64,000 nt of DNA. Origin: Octopus vulgaris. Its lineage: Eukaryota. Every line of letters starts with the position of its first letter. Within the stretch, counting starts at the first letter, position 1. Below are positions 42,546 through 56,737 of the stretch, piece after piece. The DNA lies in assembly GCA_951406725.2 (NCBI GenBank), contig OX597828.1, positions 51,894,001 to 51,958,000 on the forward strand. The letters are read 5' to 3'. Below the pieces are notes generated by a model. It saw only the letters and a list, made by a program, of their open reading frames with translations, made no database searches and was not told where the DNA came from. Both the position numbers and the translations under genes were made by a program.

Positions 42546-43589
42546 ATATCTGTCTTTTATGCTTCACTAGTTCCTGACATTGGGCTGTGGCCAACCTGGG
42601 TCACCATCTTGAAGTATTTAGGGGAACTAATCGTCTCCAGTTCAAATTTTTGGAGTCTGGTATTCACTCTATCGGTCTCTTTTGTCAAACCGCTATTCTA
42701 CAGGAATTTAAACAGATCGATACAGCTTATCAAGTCGTGTCAGGTACACAAGAAAGATACTCGGAAAAACTCGAAAATATTTACATACACACACGTGTCT
42801 ATAGCAAGATTCTAACCATTTAACATCGTACCTAATTCATTCACAAGCTATTAGTTGGGTCTGGACTACAATAGAAATCGCTCGCTCTAGATTCCGCGCG
42901 GAAGGAACGAACCTAAAACCACGTGGTTTCAAAGCACATATATATTATATATTATGTTGAGAGTTTATTACCTCCAACTGACTGTTTTCTCAGCATTGAG
43001 AGACAGATGCAAAGTCAAAGATGCGCGCACACGTATGAATACACAGGTTTACATACATACATGCGTACGTACATGTATACATACATACATGCGTACGTAC
43101 ATGTATACATACATATGCATGTGCATACATACGTACATACGTAATGGATACATAAGTACATACATACAGTACATACATAAGTACGTACATACATACAGAC
43201 TACGCACATGCATACATACATACGTATGTATGCAATTATGTACTTATATTCAAAGATACATACATGCATGCATGCATACATACATATATACATACATATA
43301 TACATACATACGTACATATATACATACATACATATATACATACATACATATATACATACATACATACATACATACATACGTACATACATACATACATACA
43401 TATATGTGCTGTGGAGGTGTATACGCCTGTGTGTATATGCATATATACATGATGATAACCGTCACACATTCAAACTGATTCTTCTGATTTACTTTCATCC
43501 TTGCATGTGTGCGGATATAAATTTGTTTGCTACCCATCCATCCTCGATGGACTGTATATGGTATAAAACGGATTAAAGAACAAAATCTT

Positions 43590-43765
43590 AGGCGCAGGAG
43601 CGAGGCTGTGTGGTAAGTAGCTTGCTTACCAACGACATGGTACCGCGTTCAGACCCACTGCGAGGCCCTTAGGTGTCTTCTCCTGTAGCCATGAGCCGAA
43701 CAAAATCTTGTGAGTAGATTTGATAGACGGAAATTGGAAGAATCTCGTCGTATATATATACATAT

Positions 43766-43845
<80 letters not shown>

Positions 43846-44053
43846 TTGTGTCTGTATTTGTCCCCCACCCCCATCGCATGTCAACCGATGTTGGTGTGTT
43901 TACGTCCCCGTAACGTAGCGGTTCGACAAAAGTAAACCGATAGAATAAGTACGGGGCTTACAAAGAATAAGACCTAGGATCTATTTCTTCGACTGAAGGC
44001 GGTGCTCCAGCATGGCCGCAGTCAAATAACTGAAACAAATAATAGAATAAAAG
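43590..44053 (+). mobile_element. SINE family A
   Basis: Homology to 53061-53474. Confidence 0.82.
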
Positions 44054-44457
44054 AATACGTCACTAGATATAAGTGACAAAAACTGGTGCAACATTTTTGC
44101 TACGCACTCGGCCATCATCGTAGACTCCAGTGACAAGCATTGCAAGATGACAGGTGCTCTCTTTACTGTATGAATTTTCTGGTTGAAGAGCTGTTTTACT
44201 AAGGCTGTGCCGAGAATAACAGGAACCCCTTCTGACCTTCGTAAATTTAACACATAGATGGCACCCTGGCAGGCACTATCTTTCCGGGTCAGAAAGGACC
44301 TAGGACTAATGGTAAATTAAGAGTGACTCCACCTTCCCCACAACTCCCAAATTCCCACAATGGAACCATTGCGATGCAATTTAATGTGACACCCATACAT
44401 ACACACATAAACATACATACCTACACGTACATACACGTATATATATATGTGTGTGTG

Positions 44458-44489
<32 letters not shown>

Positions 44490-44510
44490 AATACACACAT
44501 ACATACGTAC

Positions 44511-44568
<58 letters not shown>

Positions 44569-44756
44569 TCGCAAACATATATGTATGTATGATCGAAATG
44601 TGGCTGCATTACAAGAGGTCTGCCGAAGAGACTACTCAGCGTGACACCACGTGGATGAACAGCGAGAAAATAAGATTCTGAACCTGAAGCAATTTCATTT
44701 GTGTGTATGTGAGTGTATGAGTGTGTATGTATATATAAATATGTGTATATACATAT

Positions 44757-44805
<49 letters not shown>

Positions 44806-44811
44806 CACATA

Positions 44812-45212
44812 TACTCTTTACTCTTTTACTTGTTTCAGTCATTTGACTGCGGTCATGCTGGAGCACCGCCTTTAGTAGAGCAATTCGACCCCGGAACTTA
44901 TTCTTTGTAAGCCCAGTACTTATTCTATCGTTCTATTTTGCCGAACCGCTAAATGACGGGACGTAAACACACCAGCATCGGTTGTCAAGCAATGCTAGGG
45001 AGACAAACACAAACACACACACATACACACATATATACATATATATACATATATACGACAGGCTTCTTTCAGTTTCCGTCTACCAAATCCACTCACAAGG
45101 CATTGGTCGGCCCGGGGCTATAGTAGAAGACAATTGCCCAAGATGCCACGCAGTGGGACTGAACCCGGAACCATGTGGTTGGTTAGCAAGCTACTTACCA
45201 CACAGCCACTCC
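44812..45212 (-). mobile_element. SINE family A (young); an older degraded copy follows at about 45275-45545
   Basis: Reverse-complement match to 53061-53474. Confidence 0.88.
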
Positions 45213-45573
45213 ATGCATATATATTTATATATATGTATGTATGTATAAATAGACATCTTTTACCTTATGACTTTCATCTTTTACTGGTTTCAGTTCTGAG
45301 GCTGCGTCCATGCTGGGGCAACTTCTTGGAGTATTTTTGTCAAATGCCTGGTACTTAGTCTATTATACTATCGTCACTTTTACCGATCCGATTACGTGAA
45401 CGTAAACACACCATTGCCGGTTTTCAAGCGGTGGTGCAGAACAAACACAGACACAATAGCATACACACCTGGATACATATATATATATAACGGCTTTCTT
45501 TCAGTTTCCGTCTAACACATCCACTCACAACAGCTTAGTCGGCGCATACACACGCAAACTTTCAGAGATAGCC

Positions 45574-45632
<59 letters not shown>

Positions 45633-45859
45633 ATGTATACATACATTTATATATAAATATATATATGTATATATAAGTATGTATGTATGTATGTATGTAT
45701 AAAGTGTATAGAGGGTTAGGTGTAATGTACAGAATTGAATATTGAATATTGAGAAAAAAAAGTCGTCAGAATTTGGGGGAAAAAAAATATTTTTATTTCT
45801 TCATTATTATTGGCGCTTTCGTTCCTCTCCAGAACTTGTCAAATACAATTTTATTAGAA

Positions 45860-45928
<69 letters not shown>

Positions 45929-45986
45929 TACATTTATATGTAAGTGTATGTACATATGTATATATATATATATATGTACATATGTA

Positions 45987-46036
<50 letters not shown>

Positions 46037-46075
46037 TGTATGTATGTATATATGTATGTATATATCTATGTATGT

Positions 46076-46139
<64 letters not shown>

Positions 46140-46391
46140 ACGGAAAATGTGTATGAGAGAGGGGCGATTGACCATCTGGGATCACCAAGCTATCAGGTTC
46201 TCTAATCAGAAAACAAAATCGTAATTTAATCAATAACGAAATATCGACTGAGACTGAAGCCTGTGATCTTGGTAAACCACCACAGCGGAAATAAGGAAAT
46301 ACAAAACTGATAAAATGAAAATAGACTCCCAACATTGTATATACAGCGATATAAGTATTGTAAAATAGTACAGCACCACAAATATAAAACA

Positions 46392-46472
<81 letters not shown>

Positions 46473-46558
46473 TATATATATACATATATATATATATGCA
46501 TATATATATATATATACATACAGATATACATTCATATATTCACACACGCGTATGTGTG

Positions 46559-46623
<65 letters not shown>

Positions 46624-46824
46624 ACTATAGGCAACCCATAAAAATGTCCGCAGGATGTAACTTACTGAAATACACACGTACGCACAGAACTCCCCTCTCT
46701 TGTCATGTTCTCTCTCTCTCTCTCTCTCTCTGTTCCCGTCTGTCAATCCATCTCTATATCTTTCTTTGTATCTGTCCCTCTGACAGTCACTCTCTCTTTC
46801 TGTCTCTCTCCCTTCCCCCCCCCC

Positions 46825-46859
<35 letters not shown>

Positions 46860-47150
46860 CATCAATCTATTTATATGTCTATCTATCGCTCCCCGGGAAA
46901 AGAAACACGGAGAGAGTGTGATAGAGTGCAGAAAGTATTTTAATACATTTGGTGAAGGCTTTTGTAGTCGTTTCTTTTAAAACATCCGAATTGCAGAGTA
47001 AAATTATTTTCTTTTACAAAGTAAATATGGAAATGTATATTTGTTTATCTGTTTCTGTTTCAGTGTGTGTGTGTATGTGTGCAAGTGTGCATGTGAGTTT
47101 ATATGTAATATTCTCTGTATTTGATCCATGTGCACACAAGAACACACAAA

Positions 47151-47184
<34 letters not shown>

Positions 47185-47233
47185 TCATATATATATATAT
47201 ATACATGCATATATATACATATGTATATACCTA

Positions 47234-47288
<55 letters not shown>

Positions 47289-47419
47289 TATGCATGTATA
47301 TACGTTATACATGTGTGGGTATACGTACATTCACATGTACAGACATGCATTTAATTGAAATATATGCATAATAGTGCACAATATAGCATATACATACATG
47401 GGTATTATGTATCTGTGCG

Positions 47420-47465
<46 letters not shown>

Positions 47466-47488
47466 GACACTCACACACACACACACAC

Positions 47489-47548
<60 letters not shown>

Positions 47549-47689
47549 CTCTGCTTATACCTATACATATATATGTATATGTGTATATATGGATACCCAC
47601 AAATATTTGTGTGTTTGTATTATATATGTATATAGTATATATATATATATATATATATATACTTACATATATATATATGTGTGTGTGTG

Positions 47690-47721
<32 letters not shown>

Positions 47722-47804
47722 TGTATGTATGTATGTATGTGCATGTGTATATGTATGTAAAACGTTCATGCGAAATAACAGCATTGAAAGAAATCGTTCC
47801 GTGC

Positions 47805-47813
47805 ACTCACCTG
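47805..47813 (-). other. Consensus 5' splice donor CAG|GTGAGT in a unique CpG-containing island (possible non-coding exon end)
   Basis: Minus strand ...gcggcggacgtttaaattcaCAG|GTGAGTgcacgg; exon would end at 47811. Confidence 0.3.
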
Positions 47814-48177
47814 TGAATTTAAACGTCCGCCGCTAAAGCCTCACTTTGTAAAATACCAAGTACGCGAGCGTAGAGAGCAATACGCATGTGTATTTGTATA
47901 TGTCAGTATATGTAAACAAAGATATAATTATGTGTGTGTTGTGTGTATGCCTCTGTATGTGTGCATACGTGTTGCTGAGCATATTTCATGTAAGTCTTTG
48001 TTGTCGATGGTGGTTGTATGTATGCAATAACATTCTGTTGTTTTCTCTTTAGTGATAACATATAAGATATGCACGTTATTATTGTTGCTAATATATTGTC
48101 TGTGTGTCGGTGCCTAAGCATCTATCTTTGCATATATGTACATATACACATGAATACATGCATACAACTGCATATAC

Positions 48178-48212
<35 letters not shown>

Positions 48213-48240
48213 AAACACAAAATGGGACAAGAACGCAAAA

Positions 48241-48284
<44 letters not shown>

Positions 48285-48314
48285 TATATAGATAGATAGA
48301 TAGATAGATAGATG

Positions 48315-48365
<51 letters not shown>

Positions 48366-49185
48366 GGATATAGATAGATAGATACGTGTGTGTGTGTGTG
48401 TGTTCGTGTTGTGGTGTATGGTGTGTATGTGTTTATGCGTGTGTGTGTATTCTAAGTTTGATCTAGTGTTTGTGTTTTATATCCGTGTATCAGTAAATAC
48501 ACACATGGTAATTCTATAGTGCCTGTGTGTGTGTGTGCGTCTGTGAACTTGCTTGTGTGTGTGTCTACGCTATTCGTTATACTTGGTACAATTTTGTATC
48601 AATATATGTGTGTGTGTGTGTGTGTGTGTGTATTCGTATGTGAGAATGTGGTAGTATATAATGCGTGTACGGTGTGTTTATGCTGCTCGTCATCAGACGG
48701 GTGTACATCAAACTGTTGCAGTTGTTGATAACATTATGTGTATTTGAATATATGTATATGTATGTGGTTATATGTGTATGTGTGTATGTGTGTGTAGTGT
48801 AGTCTGGTGCGTGCTGTATTCGTTGTGTGTATGGTAGATCATAGATAGTATGGTTTAGCGTGTGTGTGTGTGTACACAGGTTTGCAAGTGTGTGTGTGTA
48901 CACGTGTTTCGTGAGTGTCCGTGTGTGTGTGTGTGTTGGTGTGTGCATGAATGTGTGCACGTGTGTGCGTATGTATGCGCACCTGTGTGCGTGTATGTTT
49001 GTGTGAGAATATGAGTGTGCGTGTGTGTGTGCGTGGGCACGTGTGTGTGTGCGTGTGCACGTGTGTGTGTGCAGGTTTGTGTGAGCACGTTGTGCTTATG
49101 TGTGATCGTACGTGTATGTGTGTGTGTGTGTGTTTGTGCGCGCGCGTTACCCTTGTTGCTATTTCTGTTTCGGCTGTATGAAATT

Positions 49186-49541
49186 TATGATGATGTTGAC
49201 GGGGCAGTTATGCTAGTATTGTTGTTGTTGTTGTTGTTGATGATGACGATGATGACGATGATGATGGTGATGATGGTGTCGGTGATGAGAATGAATCGTG
49301 CTTTGGTTGATGATAAAAAAAATGAGGCAGAAGTGGAAATGGATGAGGTGGTGGTGGTGATGCGAGTAGGTGGAGTGGGCGTGAGACATCGATGATGAGG
49401 GAATTGGTTTTGGCGGCGGTGGGGGTGGTATTGGACGTCGTCGTTTCAGACGATGGCGACGACAGCGACGTTGGCAACGTTGATTGATGATGACGGCGAT
49501 GACAACGACGACGTTGACAACAACAACGATGATAATGACGA

Positions 49542-49575
<34 letters not shown>

Positions 49576-49680
49576 TATAAGCTTAAATCTATTGATGATG
49601 ATGATGAGGATGATGATGATGACGATACGATGATGATGATGATGATGATGACGATACGATGATGATGATGATGATGGTGG

Positions 49681-49732
<52 letters not shown>

Positions 49733-49746
49733 GATGATAATGATGG

Positions 49747-49804
<58 letters not shown>

Positions 49805-49814
49805 GGTGATGATG

Positions 49815-49845
<31 letters not shown>

Positions 49846-49911
49846 CGATATGATGATGATGATGATGATGATGACGACGATGGTGACGATATGATGATGA
49901 TGATGGTGAAG

Positions 49912-49943
<32 letters not shown>

Positions 49944-50020
49944 GATGGTGATGATGATGGTGATGATGATGATGGTGATGATGATGATGATGATGATGGT
50001 GATGATATGATGGTGATATG
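49186..50020. repeat. (GAT)n-rich degenerate trinucleotide array with CpG-rich left part
   Basis: Direct reading. Confidence 0.9.
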
Positions 50021-50168
50021 CTCCCTCTATTGTTGATCTCGTTCAGCCTTTTTCTTGCATTTTTCTAATGTTGTTGAAGTTCTTGTTATTGATACAGCTA
50101 TCATCATCATCATCATCATCATCGCCATCGTTATTATTATTATAGTTGCTGTTGTTATTATTATTATT

Positions 50169-50388
50169 AGCTGGCAGAAACGTTAACGCGCCGGGCGAAA
50201 TGCTCAGCCGTATTTCGTCTGCTGCTACGTTTTGAGTTCAAATTCCGCCGAGGTCGACTTTGCCTTCCATACTTTCGGGGTCGATAAATTAAGTACCAGT
50301 TACGCACTGGGGTCGATGTAACCGACTTAATACCTATGTCTATCCTTGTTTGTCCCCTCTATGTTTAGCCCCTTGTGGGCAGTAAAGG
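50169..50388 (+). mobile_element. SINE family B within (ATT)n
   Basis: Homology to 41913-42143. Confidence 0.85.
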
Positions 50389-50459
<71 letters not shown>

Positions 50460-50513
50460 CATTATTATTATTATTATTATTAATTATTATTATTACTATT
50501 ATTATTATTATTA

Positions 50514-50545
<32 letters not shown>

Positions 50546-50870
50546 GGCTCAGTGGTTGGAGCGTCCAGCTTACGATCGTGAGGTTGCGAGTTCGAGTCCC
50601 GGATCGGGCTGCGTGTTGTGTTCTTGAGCAAGACACTTTATTTCACGTTGCTCCAGTTCACTCAGCTGTAGAAATGAGTTGTGACATCACAGGTGCCAAG
50701 CTGTATCGGCCCCTTTGCCTTTCCTTTGGATAACACTGGTGGCGCAGAGAGGGGAGGCTGGTATGCATGGGCGACTGCTGGTCTTCCATAAACAATCTTG
50801 CCCGGAGTTGTGCCTGGGAGGGTAACTTTCTAGGTGCTATCCCAAGTTCAGTCATGACCGAAGGGGGTCT
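50546..50870 (+). mobile_element. SINE family D within (ATT)n
   Basis: Homology to 8248-8575. Confidence 0.85.
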
Positions 50871-50892
50871 CAGCATTATTATTATTATTGTT

Positions 50893-50924
<32 letters not shown>

Positions 50925-50960
50925 TATTATTATTTTTATTATTATTAATATTATTATTAA

Positions 50961-51012
<52 letters not shown>

Positions 51013-51019
51013 GTTATTC

Positions 51020-51399
51020 GTCAGCACGCCAAGCGAAATGCTTAGCAGTATTTCGTCTGCTGCTATGTTCTGAGTTCAAATTTCGCCGAGGTGGACTTTG
51101 TCTTTCATCCTTTCGGGGTCGATAAATAAAGTACCAGTTACGCACTGGAGTCGATATAATCGACTTAATCCGTTTGTCTGTCCTTGTTTGTTCCCTCTGT
51201 GTTTAGCCCCTTGTGGGTTGTAAAGAAATAGGTATTTCCCTTTGACGCTACGTTCTGAGTTCAAAATCCGCCGAGGTCGACTTTGCCTTTCATCCTTTCG
51301 GAGTCGATAACTTAAGTACCAGTGAAACACTGGGGCCGATGTAAACGACTTTTTCCCCCTCCCCTAATATTTCAGGCCTTGTTCCTATAGTAGAAAGGA

Positions 51400-51400
<1 letters not shown>
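51020..51400 (+). mobile_element. SINE family B dimer
   Basis: Junction taaagaaata|ggtattt at 51230/51231; second unit ends aggccttgttcctatagtagaaagg. Confidence 0.85.
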
Positions 51401-51961
<561 letters not shown>

Positions 51962-52455
51962 TTCTAAAACTTCCTTACTTTTTCCTGTCACCATGTGAAT
52001 TAATGTGCAAGTGTGTTTCATACTATATGCATGTTCGTTTGCTTATGCGCGCACGTGTGTGTGTTTGCGTGTATGTGTGTGTATGTCTACGTGTGCATGT
52101 CTGTGCGCGTGTGTATATGTGTCAATGCGTGCCTGTTTTTAACTCTGCATTTTACTTCAAAATTCCTCCCAGCCGTTCCTCTTATGACACTTAATGCAGC
52201 TGTTGCGAATGCACTGTGGAAGTTAATATTGCAGTTGTCGTTGTTGTTCACATCGTTGTTTTAACTATTGCTGTTGTTGTTGTTATTATTATTATTCCTG
52301 ACGTTCACGTTACTATTACTGCTGCTGCTGCTGCTGCTGTGGTGTTTTTGCTTTGGTAGTTACTGTTGTGTTGTTGTTATTGCTATTGTTGTTCTTCATT
52401 TCTTTACTGCTGTCTTCGATGTTATATCCCTCTCTCTAGTCGTTAATATTTGTGA

Positions 52456-52776
52456 AGGCGCGTGGCTTAGTGGTTAGCGGCATTCGCTCATGATCGTATG
52501 GTCGTGAGTTCAATTCACGACGGCTCGTTGTGTCCTTGAACAGGACACTTTATTTCACGTTGCTCCAGCCCACTCAGCTGGCAAAAATAAGTAGTACCTG
52601 TATTTCAAAGGGCCAGCCTTGTCACACTTTGTGTCACGCTGAATCTCCCCGAGAACAACGTTAAGGGAACACGTGTTTGTGGAGTGCTCAGCCACTTGCA
52701 CATTAATTTCACGAGCAAGCTGTTCCGTTGATCGTATCAGCTGAGACGCTCGTCGCCGCAACCGACGGAGTGCTCC
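52456..52776 (+). mobile_element. SINE family D head with tail type 1
   Basis: Head and core like 50546; tail gtacctgtatttcaaagggcc...aaccgacggagtgc like 5431-5612. Confidence 0.85.
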
Positions 52777-53060
52777 TTAAGTCGTTAATAATGTTCTTAA
52801 GATTGTAATAATATCTATACATTTTCCTTCCTTTTGCTGTTGTTATTGATGTCGCTGTTATTGATGATATTTTGCTAAGGTCATTCTTGTTTCCTTTGTT
52901 TTTGTCAATGATGTCTAATGGAGAAGCCAAAATATTTGTAATTCTAAAAGTGCTCGGCATGCATCAGACAAAAAAAGTATTAACCCATCGCTGCGTTAAC
53001 GATAAAACTGTACCTGTTTGTCATTTATTAAAACACCTCTTTCCAGCAGCTGTCATTCAT

Positions 53061-53232
53061 AGGCGCAGGAGTGGCTGTGTGGTAAGTAGCTTGCTAACCA
53101 ACCACATGGTTCCGGGTTCAGTCCCACTCCGTGGCATCTTGGGCAAGTGTCTTCTGCTATAGCCCCGGGCCGACCAATGCCTTGTGAGTGGATTTGGTAG
53201 ACGGAAACTGAAAGAAGCCTGTCGTATATATG

Positions 53233-53263
<31 letters not shown>

Positions 53264-53474
53264 TTGTGTTTCTGTGTTTGTCCCCCCTAGCATTGCTTGA
53301 CAACCAATGCTGATGTGTTTACGTCCCCGTCAATTAGCGGTTCGGCAAAAGAGACCGATAGAATAAGTACTGGTCTTACAAAGAATAAGTCTCGGGGTCG
53401 ATTTGCTCGACTAAAGGCGGTGCTCTAGCATGGCCGCAGTCAAATGACTGAAACAAGTAAAAGAGTAAAAGAGT
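53061..53474 (+). mobile_element. Full-length SINE family A
   Basis: aggcgcaggagtggctgtgtggtaagtagc...gggttcagtccc...(TA)n(TG)n...aagtaaaagagtaaaagagta. Confidence 0.9.
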
Positions 53475-53956
53475 ATATGTATAAGACATATTTCCTAGTT
53501 TATCTAGGCTGCATCATCCGTAGTACGGCCCGGAATCATTGGGTGCTTCGTGTCTTTTAACCACATGCACCATTATCCAAGTGCCCCAGCCAGAACTCAG
53601 CGGTCACCGACCTGGGTCTCAGCAGCTGTCATTCACAGGTAAACTCTATTAATTAAAATCCACCTGGTAGGTTTCTGTGCAGATTCGTTCACGGATTAAA
53701 TCGTCTTTGTTGCCCCTTCCCATAGAAAGCGCAGTCGATCGAGGACTTCGCAAAGTGACTGTTCGAAAAAGCTGTCAGTCCAACTCCAGGGTTTCATAGT
53801 ATAGCTTCCGTTCTGCGTTTCCTCTTTTTAATACATAAAAAAATAATTTTAAAAAATGAAAATCTATTTTACTTTTCCCGGTATATATTCTCAGTATTTT
53901 TGTTCAAAACTATAATCCATTAATTAAACCATGGTATTATGAAGCAAATCTCCTTG

Positions 53957-54172
53957 AGCGACGAGCTGGCAGACTGGTTAGCACGCTGACCAAAATGCTT
54001 AAAGGTATTCCGTCCGTCTTTGCATTTTGAGTTCAAATTCCGCCGAGGTCGACTTTGCCTTTCATTCTTTCTGGGGTTGATAAATTTTATACCAGTTGAA
54101 CCCTGGGGTAGATGTGAACGATTTACCCCTTATCCTGAAATTTCAGGCTTTGTGTCTAGAAGAGAAAGAATT
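53957..54172 (+). mobile_element. SINE family B (alternative tail)
   Basis: gcgacgagctggcaga...gagttcaaattccgccgaggtcgactttgcc...tttcaggctttgtgtctagaagagaaag. Confidence 0.8.
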
Positions 54173-54913
54173 ATTTAATCAAGCTAAGATATATATTAGG
54201 ATATGAAAGGCGATGCTTGAAGTTTAGGATTCAATTTAAATGAACTAATTGCATTTCATTATTTATATTCCCAGGACACAAAAGAGTATTCAGTTAACAT
54301 ATACCATTTGTATCAAAAGTAGATATACACCCACTTTTTTACCAAAATTATATATATGAGCACATAAAAGAAACGTTAATATATTATTCTTAACAAATTT
54401 ACGATTACTTGAAATCAACGGTTTCTCCTTAGTTTTCAGATGATTATGAAAGGAACTGATTTTATTGATTTTATTGAATTTCCTTAAGTTTTGTAGACTT
54501 GCACCAATTCAAAGAAGTATTTTTTAAACTAAAACATACTAAACTAAATATTTAAAAATCTATTTTGAAATTGCAAATTCGAGAACCTTACTTAAACTCG
54601 TGTGCGTAGATATATTCATTTGTGCATATTTTATCTTATAAGCAGGAATTAAATCAATGCGCATGTCCTTTAACAAAGCCTCCGAAACTAAAGCGAGAGA
54701 GAAGAAGGGTGGTGTCCGCAAACCAGTGAATAGGTCCAAATGATTCTAATTGAAGGTATTCAGTGAAAGGCTCTCAAAGTACCAGATGCTGTTGTTCATG
54801 AGAGCGAAGAATTAGGTCTACCACCCAAGAACTTGTGTCTCTAGGTATGTATGTATGTATGTATGTATGTATGTATGTATGTATGTATGTATGCAAATAT
54901 GTATGTAAGTATG

Positions 54914-55173
54914 ATTTTTCTTTGAGTCTAATTTAAGTTTTTCTGGAGAGGGTTCAAGCCGGCTGGTAACAATGCAACAAGACATTTGAATTCAGGGAAT
55001 TCCCGGAGTCGGAAATAGGTTGTTGAAGTGGTGTGTTTGCTGAGCTATCGATGGATACACCAAAGAGTGTGCATCTATTCAAATGGAGAAATTTTGGAAA
55101 ATTTTCACTGAGCCACAAATAGATTGGTTTTAGAGAATCCGTGTCAGCTTCTGCTCATTTTCAGTGAAACCGA
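54914..55173. mobile_element. Second copy of the (TATG)n-flanked unclassified repeat
   Basis: Homology to 30301-30582; (TATG)n at both ends. Confidence 0.65.
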
Positions 55174-55550
55174 GTATGTATGTATGTATGTATGTATGTA
55201 TGTATGTATGCATGTATGTATGTATGTATGTATGTATGCATGTATGTATGTATGTATGTATGTGTGTATGTATGTATGTATGTATGTATGTATGTATGTA
55301 TGTATGTATGCATGTATGTATGTATGTATTTATGTATGTATGTATGTATGTATGTATGTATGCATGTATGTTTTATGTATGTATGTATGTATGTATGTAT
55401 GTATGTATGTATGTATGCATGTATGTATGTATGTATGTGTGTATGTATGCATGTATGTATGTATGTATGTATGTGTGATTGTCTTGTCCATAGACACAAT
55501 GGAGGTTATAATGAATGCTATTTCTGTTTACTGTAATATTATCCATTGCT

Positions 55551-55620
55551 TAGAGTACGCACGGGCAACCTGGCCCGAGGGCAGCATATGGCCCACGCCA
55601 GCTTATTGTGCGGCCCTTGA
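55551..55620 (+). mobile_element. hAT-like terminal fragment
   Basis: gggcaacctggcccgagggcagcatatggcccacg...tgtgcggccc resembles the GGCCC-rich subterminal repeats of hAT/Charlie-type elements. Confidence 0.4.
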
Positions 55621-56006
55621 AGAGTTTCTAGGATACTAAATTGCAGCATGACCGAAGAAATTCTACCTAATATTGAAAATATGGTAAAGAATGGGAATCG
55701 GCAACAATCTGATACATATAATGAGATTTGTTCTTTAATAAAATATCAATGAATTTTAAACTAAAATTTATTTACACTAGTAACCATCAGTATTATCATT
55801 AGGAAGTAGTGAAAGAGATGCCAGGTTAATGTAAATTTTCATAGCAAGATAAATAAAATTAAAAAGAACTGCAAAAATTTAACGTATCTTATACTACAGA
55901 CTTGAGACAACCAAACCTCTTGAGTGATTTTAATACACAGAAACTCAAATGATCCCATCACACTCAGACACACAAACACGCACACAAACACACACACACA
56001 CACAAG

Positions 56007-56038
<32 letters not shown>

Positions 56039-56414
56039 CATACACATTTCTTGCTTGCTGATCATTTTATTTCTTCAAACGTATGATTTTTATTTGTTAT
56101 TCCTACTCTGTTCTGCCGGCTTCATCACCCACTTCAAGTTATATCTTCGGCGAATTAAACTGAGATTCTTTAACGACAATCCAACCTTCATATAGTCAAT
56201 GTATCTTCGACTCGATGAGTAGCCGGTTGAGTACTCCTCGTTGTGAAATTATTACATCAGATGATCTGCTAGATAGGAAACATATGTAGACTTGATTTTA
56301 CCTGCAACAGTCCCTCACTTTAGATTCTTATATGTATACATACACACTCACACACACATACATATATACGTATATGTATATGTGTGAGTGAATATATATC
56401 ATATTTATATGAAT

Positions 56415-56735
56415 TTGAACGACGGGCGAAATACCGCTAAACATTTCGTCCAGTGTGCTAACAATTCAGCCAGCTCGCCGCCTTCATGAGACAGACGAAA
56501 TACCTATTTCTCTACTACCCACAAGGGGCTAAACACAGAGAGGACAAACAAGGACAGAAAACGAATTAAGTCGACTACATCGACCCTAGTGCGTAACTGG
56601 TACTTATTTAATCAACCCCGAAAGGATGAAAGGCAAAGTCGACCTCGGTGGAATGTGAACTCAGAACGTAACGGCAGACGTAATACGGCTACGCATTTCG
56701 CCCGGCATGCTACCATTTCTGCCAGATCGCCGCCT
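56415..56735 (-). mobile_element. SINE family B cluster (full copy 56505-56735 plus head fragments)
   Basis: Reverse complement ...gtagtagagaaata|ggtatttcgtctgtct. Confidence 0.85.
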
Positions 56736-56737
56736 TT

